Shown here one piece after another: positions 1 through 7,464 of a stretch of 12,236 bases of DNA (its first letter is position 1; the number at the start of each line of letters is the position of its first letter). The notes under the pieces are model-generated. The model ran no database searches and was not told where the DNA came from. It saw only the letters and a list, made by a program, of their open reading frames with translations. Source of the stretch: Gemmatimonadota bacterium (GTDB lineage: Bacteria; Gemmatimonadota; Gemmatimonadetes; Gemmatimonadales; GWC2-71-9); contig JBDHDE010000095.1 in assembly GCA_039591655.1 (NCBI GenBank), positions 1-12,236 on the forward strand, written 5' to 3'. The position numbers were made by a program, and so were the translations under genes.

Positions 1-552
1 ACTCATGTAGGCCGGGGTGCCGATACTGATGCCCGTCTCGGTGAGGTGTTCTCCACCGGCTTCGGAGATGGCCCTGGCAATGCCAAAGTCCGCCACAACG
101 GCTTCACCTGCCGAAAGCAACACGTTCTCCGGCTTGATGTCGCGGTGGATCACATCGCGGCCATGGGCGGAGCTCAGGGCCGCCGCGACTTCGCGAGTAA
201 TCTGCAAGGCATCGTCGAGCGGGAGTTGCCCTTCCCGGGTCATCCGGTCCCGCAACGTCTCGCCCTCGATGTAGGGCATGACGTAGTACAGGAATCCTCC
301 GGCCTCCCCCGAGTCGATGAGCGTGAGAATGTGTGGATGGGTGAGCCCGGCCGCGATCTCGATCTCGCGCAGGAACCGCTCGGGTCCGAGCGCAGCAGCC
401 AGCTCCGGGCGTAGCACCTTGAGGGCTACGGGCCGATGATGCTTGAGGTCCTCGGCGAGATAGACCGTCGCCATCCCACCGCTGCCGATCTCCCGCTCGA
501 TGGCGTAGCGGTCGGCCAGGGCAGATTCGAGGCGTTCGAGGACGTCGTCCAC
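1..552 (-). CDS. Hanks-type serine/threonine protein kinase, N-terminal part (runs off the left edge)
   Basis: Manual translation from GTG at 552: VDDVLERLESALADRYAIEREIGSGGMATVYLAEDLKHHRPVALKVLRPE...HRDIKPENVLL...VADFGIARA...GTPAYMS. It contains the Gly-rich loop, VALK, HRDIKPEN and DFG motifs. Absent from the ORF track because there is no stop in the window. Confidence 0.95.
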   Translation of the reverse strand, partial: MDDVLERLESALADRYAIEREIGSGGMATVYLAEDLKHHRPVALKVLRPELAAALGPERFLREIEIAAGLTHPHILTLIDSGEAGGFLYYVMPYIEGETLRDRMTREGQLPLDDALQITREVAAALSSAHGRDVIHRDIKPENVLLSAGEAVVADFGIARAISEAGGEHLTETGISIGTPAYMS

Positions 553-643
553 CGGACCCAGCTCAGCTACGTACTCGGCTACAGTACGCCGCGACCTTGT
601 GCGCGGCTAGAGTGGAGGTCCGATGACCCCTGAACACGCCGAA

Positions 644-672
644 ACGCGACCCCGGATAACCCGAAGTCGCGT
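644..672 (-). terminator. Stem-loop downstream of the tRNA-Gln 3' half (terminator-like)
   Basis: Minus strand ACGCGACTTCGG-GTTAT-CCGGGGTCGCGT forms a 12-bp stem with two G-U pairs. It is followed by only a short T run and lies about 15 nt downstream of the tRNA 3' end. Confidence 0.55.
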
Positions 673-687
673 AGTGACTTCCGTCAG

Positions 688-729
688 CTGCCCCGCCTGG
701 GATCGAACCAGGACTCTTCTGATCCAGAG
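688..729 (-). other. 3' half of tRNA-Gln(CTG); attachment-site (att) fragment, not an intact tRNA
   Basis: Minus strand reads CTCTGGA (anticodon loop, CTG) TCAGA AGAGT CCTGG-TTCGATC-CCAGG (T arm) CGGGGCA G (acceptor 3' strand and discriminator). Upstream sequence (CGGCCCCC) cannot supply the 5' anticodon stem, D arm or acceptor 5' strand. Confidence 0.88.
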
Positions 730-889
730 GGGGGCCGCTAAGGGGCTCAAACCCGGCAAAATGTCACACAAAACGCGGGTTCGTGTCGTCCTTTGCCGGG
801 GTTGGGGACAAGATGTCGAGTTGTGACGGCATCTTGCCGGGACTGATGTCGTGCTTTGCCGTGTTACCTCATGAAGACAACAGCGCCCG
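711..889. repeat. R element copy 1 (tRNA-Gln core + arm-like heptamers)
   Basis: 711-869 aligns with 3218-3377: the first 36 bp are identical and the whole is about 85% identical by manual count. 877-889 (ACAACAGCGCCCG) is identical to 10224-10236. Heptamers at 825 (inverted), 835, 847, 857. Confidence 0.92.
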
Positions 890-904
890 CCCGTCGTGCT
901 GCGG

Positions 905-2992
905 CTACTCGAAGCTCGTACGGGATGAGAGGTGTGCCTCGATCTCCTCGCGCGTGCGCCAGACCGGCCGCAGCTCCTTGCGGGCGAGGAGGTGCAATTG
1001 ATCGGTGAAGTGGGGAGAGCCGGGCTGGCTGGAGTTACCGTAGCCGAGGACCGCCATCGCCCGCACTGGGTCCGAGAACTCAATGGCTGCCACGTAGGTG
1101 TCCCCGCCTGTCACCACGAGGTGGCCATCTTCCGCTTCGGCGAACCAGGCCATCCGGAAGACTCCCCATGGGTCGTGGAAGCCATTGGCTGGAAGATCGA
1201 CGTCGCCGCGGCGGAAGCGATGAACTTCGCCCCATGGGACGTCCAGCGCACCGTATCGCGCCTCGACTCTGTGGGCGGCCGTCTCCAGGGCGGCAGCCGC
1301 GGCGGTGGGGTCGGCGATGCCGTTTGGAGTGTCCAGGGGCGACTCGGCATCCCAGGGCACCGCGAAGAACCTCGACCCGACCAATCTCCAGAGTTCCTGG
1401 GCGAAGGTCTGGAAAAGGACGGCACCACGGCTCTCCGCGTCGGTCTTTCGGTCCCACGCCTGCAGAACATCGGCGGCCCGCTGTGCGAGGGGACTTCCGT
1501 GCGTGCGGGCAGCGGCTATCACTTCGTCGAGGATGTGGTCCGCCAGCTGGACCCAAGTGGAATGCTTGTAGGCGACGAGTTCCTCGAATGTGATAGATTC
1601 GTCCTCCAGCAGCATGAGCGCGGAGCGCTTGGCTCGGAAGTGCATTGAGCGCGGCGCCAGGTAATCGGGGTAGGTGTCCGGATCGAGGGCGCGCGGGAAG
1701 GTCGTCGTCCAGGGTGGGTCGTTGGCGTTCTGGAGCCAGCCGCTCTCGGGGTCCAGGACGCGCGGCAAGTCAGCGTAGGGATGAACTTCAGTCCAAAGCG
1801 TCGCAGAGGTGTCGCCGGGTACCGCCCTTGGCCAATCCCACTCTCCTTCGGGTCGCATCGGCGTCAGCCCGCCAAAATGATGCAGGATGTGTCCCTCGCG
1901 ATCCGCGTAGATCACGGTGAACGTGGGGAGCTGCATGCGCTGTAAAACCGCTTCGAACTCGGCGAGGCTCGTCGAGCGGCCCATGTCCCACCAAGCCTCG
2001 AGGGTGCCGGGCCGGTCGAGCCCCACCATTCGCAAGGCCAGCGCCGCACCGCGGCTTTCGGCGACTACCGGTCCGTGCACGGAGTGACGAACCAGCAGTG
2101 TATCCTCGCGAAGACTCCCATCAGCCGTCTTCACCTTGATGGTGTGCTCCTGCAATTCAAACTCGCGCACCCCGCCGTTCCAGCGATAGCCGCCGTCGAC
2201 GAGCTCGAGGGCGTAGAAGTCAGCGCCGTCGTGGGAGTTATTTGTGTGGGTCCAGCCCAAATCGTCGTTGAAGGCGATCACGAGCGTTGGGAGCCCCACC
2301 GCCGTCGCGCCATACACATCGACCCCAGAGCCTACGAGCTGCGCTTCGAAAAGCAGGTCGTGGTCCACCCAGAACAGGTGTGGGTTCGCCAGCAGCATGG
2401 CGTTGCCGCTGGCCGAGCGGGAGGGCGCGATGGCCCAGGCGTTGGAGCCGGCGGCCAACTGGCGCTGCGCTCCCTGGACGACGTGAGGGTTGCTGACGAT
2501 GCTGAAGAGTACAGCACGCTGGACGTGGGCCAGGACATCCGTGGCGTTGACCGGTAGGACAACCTCAAACTCGTCGCTGATTGCGTCGGGTTCCTCCGTC
2601 ACGTAGGCGTTGATTCCTTCCGCGAATGCATCCAAGTAACCTCGGAACTGCGGGGTCTGCGCCTCGTACCACTCCTGCGCCCGGGCCGGCACGCCCATAG
2701 TGAGCAGGTAGCGGTCCATCTGCAGGTTGGTCCAGCCGAGATGTTCGCGGAATTCTTCACCCCAGTACTCGGCGCTGCGCGCCCGGGCCTCACCGTAGAG
2801 CCTGAGTATCAGATCGCCGTGGCTCCGCGCTTGCGCCCATCCGAAAGCGAAGAAGACATCTTCTTTGGTCTTTCCGTAGACATGGGGAATCCCCCACACG
2901 TCCCAGAGGATCTCGGTCCGTTCGGGGCCGGTCCCGTGGCAGGCACCGAGCAGTACCGCCGCGCTCAAGGCACCGGCGATGAGGGAGCGCAT
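905..2992 (-). CDS. Penicillin acylase family (Ntn-hydrolase, peptidase S45) acylase, predicted lipoprotein; GL-7-ACA/AHL-acylase-like
   Basis: Start at ATG 2992 gives MRSLIAGALSAAVLLGAC (lipobox). Motifs: WDVWGIPHVYG, FGWAQARSHG, catalytic beta-chain start GSNAWAIAPSRSASGNAMLLANPHL, WTHTNN, QNANDPPW, YGNSSQPGSPHFTDQ. Confidence 0.93.
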   Translation of the reverse strand: MRSLIAGALSAAVLLGACHGTGPERTEILWDVWGIPHVYGKTKEDVFFAFGWAQARSHGDLILRLYGEARARSAEYWGEEFREHLGWTNLQMDRYLLTMGVPARAQEWYEAQTPQFRGYLDAFAEGINAYVTEEPDAISDEFEVVLPVNATDVLAHVQRAVLFSIVSNPHVVQGAQRQLAAGSNAWAIAPSRSASGNAMLLANPHLFWVDHDLLFEAQLVGSGVDVYGATAVGLPTLVIAFNDDLGWTHTNNSHDGADFYALELVDGGYRWNGGVREFELQEHTIKVKTADGSLREDTLLVRHSVHGPVVAESRGAALALRMVGLDRPGTLEAWWDMGRSTSLAEFEAVLQRMQLPTFTVIYADREGHILHHFGGLTPMRPEGEWDWPRAVPGDTSATLWTEVHPYADLPRVLDPESGWLQNANDPPWTTTFPRALDPDTYPDYLAPRSMHFRAKRSALMLLEDESITFEELVAYKHSTWVQLADHILDEVIAAARTHGSPLAQRAADVLQAWDRKTDAESRGAVLFQTFAQELWRLVGSRFFAVPWDAESPLDTPNGIADPTAAAAALETAAHRVEARYGALDVPWGEVHRFRRGDVDLPANGFHDPWGVFRMAWFAEAEDGHLVVTGGDTYVAAIEFSDPVRAMAVLGYGNSSQPGSPHFTDQLHLLARKELRPVWRTREEIEAHLSSRTSFE

Positions 2993-3073
2993 TCGATAGT
3001 GCACTGTCGCTCTCCGCAGGGTGGTTCGTCTCGACAGCAAGTTCCCTCGCCTTCGTATCGCCGGATAGCACAT

Positions 3074-3213
3074 CGGTCACGTTGTCGGTGGCCGTCCTAC
3101 GCGGGCGTCGCTCTGGCAGCGGGGCATTCGGGCCATCGGCGGTTCGACGGATTGGGACGAACCTTGTCCCGATGTCAGTGGTGAACAAGGGTCATTCTCA
3201 CTCGGGATTCGGC
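3074..3213. repeat. L element copy 1 (upstream of the acylase)
   Basis: Colinear with 11140-11283. Shared blocks: CGGTCACGT..GTCGGTGG, CGTCC, GGGCG(C)TCGCTCTGGC, an identical 22-mer GGCCATCGGCGGTTCGACGGAT (3131-3152 / 11204-11225) and TCGGGATTCGGC (3202-3213 / 11272-11283). Confidence 0.85.
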
Positions 3214-3217
3214 GGGT

Positions 3218-3377
3218 GGACTCTTCTGATCCAGAGGGGGGCCGCTAAGGGGCCGAAACCCGGCAGAATGTCACTTCAAACGCGAGTTCGTGTCGTCCGG
3301 TGCCGGGGTTGGAGGCCAAAATGTCGGATTATGACGACATCTTGTCGTGTCAGATGTCGTGATTTGTCGTGTTACCT
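3218..3377. repeat. R element copy 2 (19-bp tRNA-Gln core + arm-like heptamers)
   Basis: GGACTCTTCTGATCCAGAG (3218-3236) is the anticodon loop to start of T stem of the tRNA-Gln fragment. Heptamers GACGACA (inverted, 3333) and TGTCGTG at 3343, 3355, 3365. Confidence 0.92.
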
Positions 3378-3558
3378 AGCAGGAGTGTTGGCTGCGTCTT
3401 GCTGCGGTCACAGAAGCTGCGGGAGCGCCATCGGCGTCGGCCGAACGGCGGTCCGACGTTCTGGGCGCTCGTGCGAGCAGGCCGAACCACGAGCCGCTCG
3501 TCGAGCCTCACGTGCCCAGTGCGCGGCCAGGTGGTGGCGCGCCTACCGCCCCGGCGCG

Positions 3559-5265
3559 TCAGTCGTAGACGACGCCGAACCGCTCCCGCTGCTCGGGGCT
3601 CCCCACGGCGATGAGCGTCGAGCCCCGTTCGAGCCGCTGGTCGGCCGGCAGGTTGGTGATGATCCGCGCGTCCTGCTGGACGCCGATCACGCTCAGCCCG
3701 GTGCGGGCGCCGATCGCCGCCTCGGCAAGCGTCTTGTCGGCGAGGGACGGCGGAAGCGGCACGTAGAACAGATCGACGCCCTCGCCCAGCATGACGAGCT
3801 CGCGCTGCTGCACGATCGAGAACACCGTCTGCACCCCGAAGGAGGCGTAGCTCAGGACGAAGTCGGCGCCGGCGCGCTGGATGGCCTCGACGTTGCGCTC
3901 GTGGGTGACCCGGGTGAGGATGCGCGCCTCGGGATTGAGGCGCCGGCAGTAGACCGTCAGGTAGATGTTCATCGCGTCGTCGTGCGTCGTGAGCAGGATG
4001 GACGGCGTCTCGACGATCCCCGCCTCATCCAGTACCTGCCGGTCGGCGGCATCACCCAGGAAGAGCCGGTCGGGAATGCCATGGATCTTGCGCTTGAGCT
4101 CCTCCTTGCGCTCTACGATGTGGACCGGGACCTCCCTCCGTTTGAGGGCCCGAGCGGCCGCCCGGCCCACCTTACCACCGCCGATGATGAGCACCGGATT
4201 CGGATTGGCGTCGTAGATCACGAGCACCTCGTTCAGCTCCTCGATGTGCTCCGGCGCACCGATCGCGACCGGAATGCTGAGGCGCGACAGCTCGAGGTTC
4301 GGCTGCGCCGGTTGGAACCGCCCGCGCTCCCACACGCCGACAATCGTGACCCCGGTGAACTCCCGCAGCTGGGTCTCCCGGATGGTACGGCCCTGGAGCG
4401 GCGTGTCGTGCACCGGGAACTCGACGAGGAGGAGATCGTGGAACTTCCCGACCACGTTCGAATGGGCCGAGCCCGCGCTCACCCGGTTGGCGAGATGCTC
4501 GCCGAGCCGTTCCTTGAGGGGCAGTACATGCGTGGCCCCACTCAGCTCCAGGACATCGATCGATTCCTCCACCTCGACCAGCGCCGCGACGGGGACGGAC
4601 CCTGACAGCTCGCGAACCGTGAGGACAATGTTGGAGTTGACCGTGTCCGACGCATTGGCCAGGACCAAGCGGGCCCGCGCCGCAGCGGCGGACCGGTAGG
4701 TCTCGACGGCGTCGATCTCGCCGGTCACGGCCGGCAGGCCCGCATCGCGCATGCGCAATGCCACGTCGGGGTCGGGCTCGATCACGTAGGCGGGCACGCC
4801 GGCCAGGGCGAGTCGGCGCTGCAGCCCCAGCGCGATGGGATCGTTGGCGCAGATCAGCACGTGACCCTCGACCTCCGCCGGTACCGACCGGAGCGCCCGG
4901 AGGCGACCCCGCCTCTGCTGCTCGAGCCACGGGACGTACACGAATCGGATGAAGAGGAACGGGAGGATAATGAGGAGGAGCACGACCCCGGTCACCAGCA
5001 CAACACTGCTGAACACGCGGCCCAGGTCCGTCTCGAACGTGATGTCACCGAAGCCCAGCGTGCTCATCACGGTGAGGGCCCAGTAGATCCCGGTGAACCA
5101 GGAGTGGTCTTGACCCTCCCACGCCATGATCACGTGGAACAGCCAGCCGTAGAAGAGGACCACAACGATGAGCAGGGCGAGGTATCTGACGAACGGCGCG
5201 AGCCGCCCTCGCAGCCCGCCACCCCCCGCCACCAGCGCCGCCAGGTAGGAGCCGACGGTCTTCAT
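3559..5265 (-). CDS. Potassium channel protein: 2-TM pore domain + two tandem TrkA-N/TrkA-C (RCK) modules
   Basis: 568 aa. Pore helix and filter GIYWALTVMSTLGFGDITF flanked by two hydrophobic helices. The second RCK has the Rossmann motif IIGGGKVGRAAA; TrkA-C motifs GVTIVGVWERG and GLSVIGVQQD. Confidence 0.93.
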   Translation of the reverse strand: MKTVGSYLAALVAGGGGLRGRLAPFVRYLALLIVVVLFYGWLFHVIMAWEGQDHSWFTGIYWALTVMSTLGFGDITFETDLGRVFSSVVLVTGVVLLLIILPFLFIRFVYVPWLEQQRRGRLRALRSVPAEVEGHVLICANDPIALGLQRRLALAGVPAYVIEPDPDVALRMRDAGLPAVTGEIDAVETYRSAAAARARLVLANASDTVNSNIVLTVRELSGSVPVAALVEVEESIDVLELSGATHVLPLKERLGEHLANRVSAGSAHSNVVGKFHDLLLVEFPVHDTPLQGRTIRETQLREFTGVTIVGVWERGRFQPAQPNLELSRLSIPVAIGAPEHIEELNEVLVIYDANPNPVLIIGGGKVGRAAARALKRREVPVHIVERKEELKRKIHGIPDRLFLGDAADRQVLDEAGIVETPSILLTTHDDAMNIYLTVYCRRLNPEARILTRVTHERNVEAIQRAGADFVLSYASFGVQTVFSIVQQRELVMLGEGVDLFYVPLPPSLADKTLAEAAIGARTGLSVIGVQQDARIITNLPADQRLERGSTLIAVGSPEQRERFGVVYD

Positions 5266-5356
5266 GCAGAGATGATAATACTAGATCCGCGCGAAACAGT
5301 GGCGCGGCGGAGGCGGCACCGTCGCCGGGCTAAGTGACCTGCCCACCAAGGAGAAC

Positions 5357-5383
5357 GCCAGACGACCTAAGCGGTTGTCTGGC
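5357..5383 (-). terminator. Stem-loop downstream of the tRNA-Pro fragment
   Basis: GCCAGACGACC-TAAGC-GGTTGTCTGGC inverted repeat (11-bp arms, one imperfect position), about 14 nt past the tRNA 3' end and followed by a pyrimidine-rich tail on the minus strand. Confidence 0.5.
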
Positions 5384-5397
5384 ACTTGGTTACTGAA

Positions 5398-5433
5398 TCG
5401 GGACGGCGGGATTTGACCCCGCGACCCCCTGAC
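5398..5433 (-). other. 3' fragment of a tRNA-Pro gene (att-like remnant, T-loop mutated)
   Basis: Minus strand GTCAG GGGGTC GCGGG-GTCAAAT-CCCGC CGTCCCG A. The T stem is perfect, the T loop has GTC instead of TTC, and the acceptor 3' strand ...CCG-A is typical of tRNA-Pro (5' CGG). Anticodon and 5' half are absent. Confidence 0.72.
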
Positions 5434-5483
5434 TGCGATTCGGCTGCCACGCTTGATGGATTCGGGAGCTCGAAGGCCATGTC

Positions 5484-5637
5484 CTTGACACAATCTTGAC
5501 ACTCGCGAGCCGGGCAGGAGGCTGTACTGCGACGTCGGCATCGAGGGACAGCCCAGGCGCTGTTGCGACACCCCGTGAGCGGGCGAGGGTCGTGTCCCGT
5601 TAGGGGACACACCTTCCGGCACAAGATCGGGCACACC
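5484..5637. repeat. Periodic short repeats resembling integrase arm-type sites
   Basis: CTTGACAC at 5484 and 5495 (11-bp period). GACACACC/GGCACAAG/GGCACACC at 5606, 5618, 5630 (12-bp period). Inverted repeat GTGTCCC-GTTAG-GGGACAC at 5592-5610. Confidence 0.55.
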
Positions 5638-5850
5638 CTGCGGGTCACGGACTTCTTCATGGATCTGATGACCGGCGATCTGAGCAACCAGCAAGCGGTG
5701 CAGCGGGTGCACGATACGGAAGGGCCGTCGATCTCGTGGCTGGTTGGGCACCTCCTCAATGGACGCTGCGAAATGTTGAAGCTGCTGGACTCAAGTGCCG
5801 AAAACCCATTCGCCGCGTAATTCGACCGCGCGAGGCCGGCCGATAGCCCC
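5635..5850 (+). pseudogene. DinB/YfiT-like family protein remnant
   Basis: TLRVTDFFMDLMTGDLSNQQAVQRVHDTEGPSISWLVGHLLNGRCEMLKLLDSSAENPFAA*F. The 'DLS..QA......GPSI.W.VGHL' pattern resembles the first two DinB helices with the conserved His. No clear start; TAA at 5818-5820; the C-terminal half is missing. Confidence 0.55.
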
Positions 5851-5910
5851 ATGTGGTCGCGCAGCCCGGAAGCGCTGAGACAAGATCGCGGCTAGTGCCT
5901 ACCGAGGACG

Positions 5911-5949
5911 CATTAGCGGTTCATTAGGATCCTCTAAGACTTTCACTAG
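5911..5949. promoter_or_regulatory. Four hexamer direct repeats with an exact 11-bp period (candidate winged-helix regulator boxes)
   Basis: CATTAG 5911, CATTAG 5922, TCTAAG 5933, CACTAG 5944, in a locally AT-rich intergenic stretch. Confidence 0.45.
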
Positions 5950-6075
5950 AAACGGCTCTGCCTATTGCAGGCTGCAAAGGACGCTCAGTATCGTGCCAAC
6001 ACGAATCCTGTACCTATCGACCGGAGGTACTCCCCCAGTGCGCCAGTCCGCATGGCCCGCCACCGGGCCTCCGCG

Positions 6076-6091
6076 TGGCACACGCTTTGAT
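6076..6091 (+). promoter_or_regulatory. Candidate sigma54 (-24/-12) promoter of the activator gene
   Basis: TGGCAC-ACGCT-TTGAT versus consensus TGGCAC-N5-TTGCW: correct spacing, one mismatch at the conserved -12 C, about 60 nt upstream of ATG 6149. Confidence 0.4.
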
Positions 6092-6148
6092 AAAGAGGAG
6101 TGCTTGCCCCGGAGAACGGTACCGGGGCTTCTTCTACGAGGGGATGGC

Positions 6149-7415
6149 ATGGAGATCGGGCGACGCCGGGAGCGGCTCGCACCCACGGTTTTGGTCCTGG
6201 ACCAGATCGGAGGCTTCGAGTCGTTCGCGCGAGACGTGCTCGACCCGGCGGGCTACAGGGTGCTGTGGGAGGAGAGCCCGCGCGCGGCGATCGCGGCGCT
6301 CGAGCGGGACGAGGTCGACGCGGTCCTCGTGGACGTGTGCGTTCCGCACCAGGGCCTTTTCGACGGGGCCGCTTCGGTGATCCGCTCGCGGACGAAGGCC
6401 CGCAAGGTGGTGGTGACGGGGTGTCCCCTCATGGACGCCGCGGCCCGCGTCCTCTATCCGCGGGCGGATGGCTTCGTCCAGAAGCCTTGTACGCCGCAGG
6501 AGCTGCGCAGCCAAGTCGCCGGCGGGCCCGCTCCTCAGTCCTCGCCCGAGGAGCCGGGGCTCCCGTTTCACCGCATAGTCGGCACCTCGCCGGGCATCGC
6601 ACGAGTGATCGCACAGATCCACGAGGCGGCGCCCACGGATTCGACGATCCTGATCAATGGAGAGACGGGGACCGGAAAGGAGCTCGTGGCGGCGGCCATC
6701 CACGAATGCTCCCCTCGCAGGGACCGGCCCTACGTCGTGGTGGATACGGTGGCGCTCTCCGAGACCCTGCTGGAGTCCGAGCTGTTCGGCCACACGAAGG
6801 GCGCGTTCACGGGAGCCGTCAGCGGCAAGCCCGGTCTGTTCGAGGCCGCCGACGGGGGGACGATCTTCCTCGACGAGGTCGGTGAGGTACCACCCGCCGT
6901 ACAGCACCGGCTGCTCCGGGCACTGCAGGAGCGGCAGGTGCGCCGCGTCGGGGCCGTGCAACCGAGCAAGGTCGACGTCCGCATCATCGCGGCGACGCAG
7001 TGGGACCTGGAGGAGGATCCCGCCCCTGCGGGAGCGGCGCGAGGACATCCCGCTCCTGGTAGAGCATGCGCTGGCGCCTGCGGGTCCCAAGGGTGGACGA
7101 GCGAGCCGCTGTACCGACCTGGCGCTGCAAATGCTGGAGAGCTACGACTGGCCCGGGAACGTGCGGGAGCTCCTGGCCGTGTTGGAGCGGGCGCAGATCG
7201 GCGCGGCAGGGAGTCGGCTCTCCACGCGTGACCTCCCGGGGCGGGTCCGTGTCGCCTGGAGAGAGGCGATGCTCTCGGGCGGGGAGCCGCGGGAGAAGAC
7301 CGCGGTCATGCAGGTGCTGGAAGAAACCGAAGGGCACCGGGGCAAGGCCGCCGAGCTGTTGGGAGTCAGTCGCACGACGCTGTGGCGCTGGCTGGTGCGC
7401 CACGGGCTCCGATGA
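6149..7415 (+). pseudogene. NtrC/AtoC-family sigma54-dependent response regulator (REC + AAA+ + Fis HTH) with internal deletion and frameshift near 7016
   Basis: Frame 1 has the REC domain (VLVDVCVP, VVVTG, FVQKP), Walker A GETGTGKE, ESELFGHTKGAFTGA, GGTIFLDEVGE and RIIAATQWDLEE. It then jumps to another frame at 7017: IPPLRERREDIPLLVEH...YDWPGNVREL...AAELLGVSRTTLWR. The conserved ~20-aa G.FR.DL.YRL segment is missing. Confidence 0.9.
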
Positions 7416-7464
7416 TCGTGGAGCGCAGTGGTAAAGCGGCACCGGCCGACGGGCGGGGCCGCGG

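Noticed and set aside
688..765. Intact tRNA-Gln gene
   Set aside because: Only the anticodon loop to 3' end is present; upstream sequence cannot form the D arm or acceptor stem.
623..826. Small ORFs sharing 'TLLIQRGAAKG' (623..826 and the start of 3082..4605), and Cys/Arg-rich ORFs over the R elements
   Set aside because: These are translations of the non-coding repeat; a 1-bp indel between copies breaks the shared frame.
2993..3073. Longer ORF-track starts for the acylase (3073), lipoprotein (11293) and activator (5993)
   Set aside because: Signal peptides, RBS and domain starts support 2992, 11086 and 6149; the extensions run through non-coding repeats or promoter DNA.
3427..3458. Third L-like copy (GCCATCGGCG…GGCGGTCCGACG)
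   Set aside because: Only two short split matches in GC-rich DNA and the flanks do not align; may be chance. The GATTCGGC at 5437-5444 was set aside for the same reason.
3082..4605. 507-aa + strand ORF
   Set aside because: Antisense shadow of the K+ channel gene in GC-rich DNA; no recognisable motifs.
5980..5999. Minus-strand sigma54 promoter TTGGCACGATACTGAG
   Set aside because: Good -24 box but no GC at -12 and no intact downstream gene on that strand.
7001..7025. Programmed ribosomal frameshift restoring the activator
   Set aside because: No slippery heptamer, and about 20 conserved residues would still be missing after a shift.
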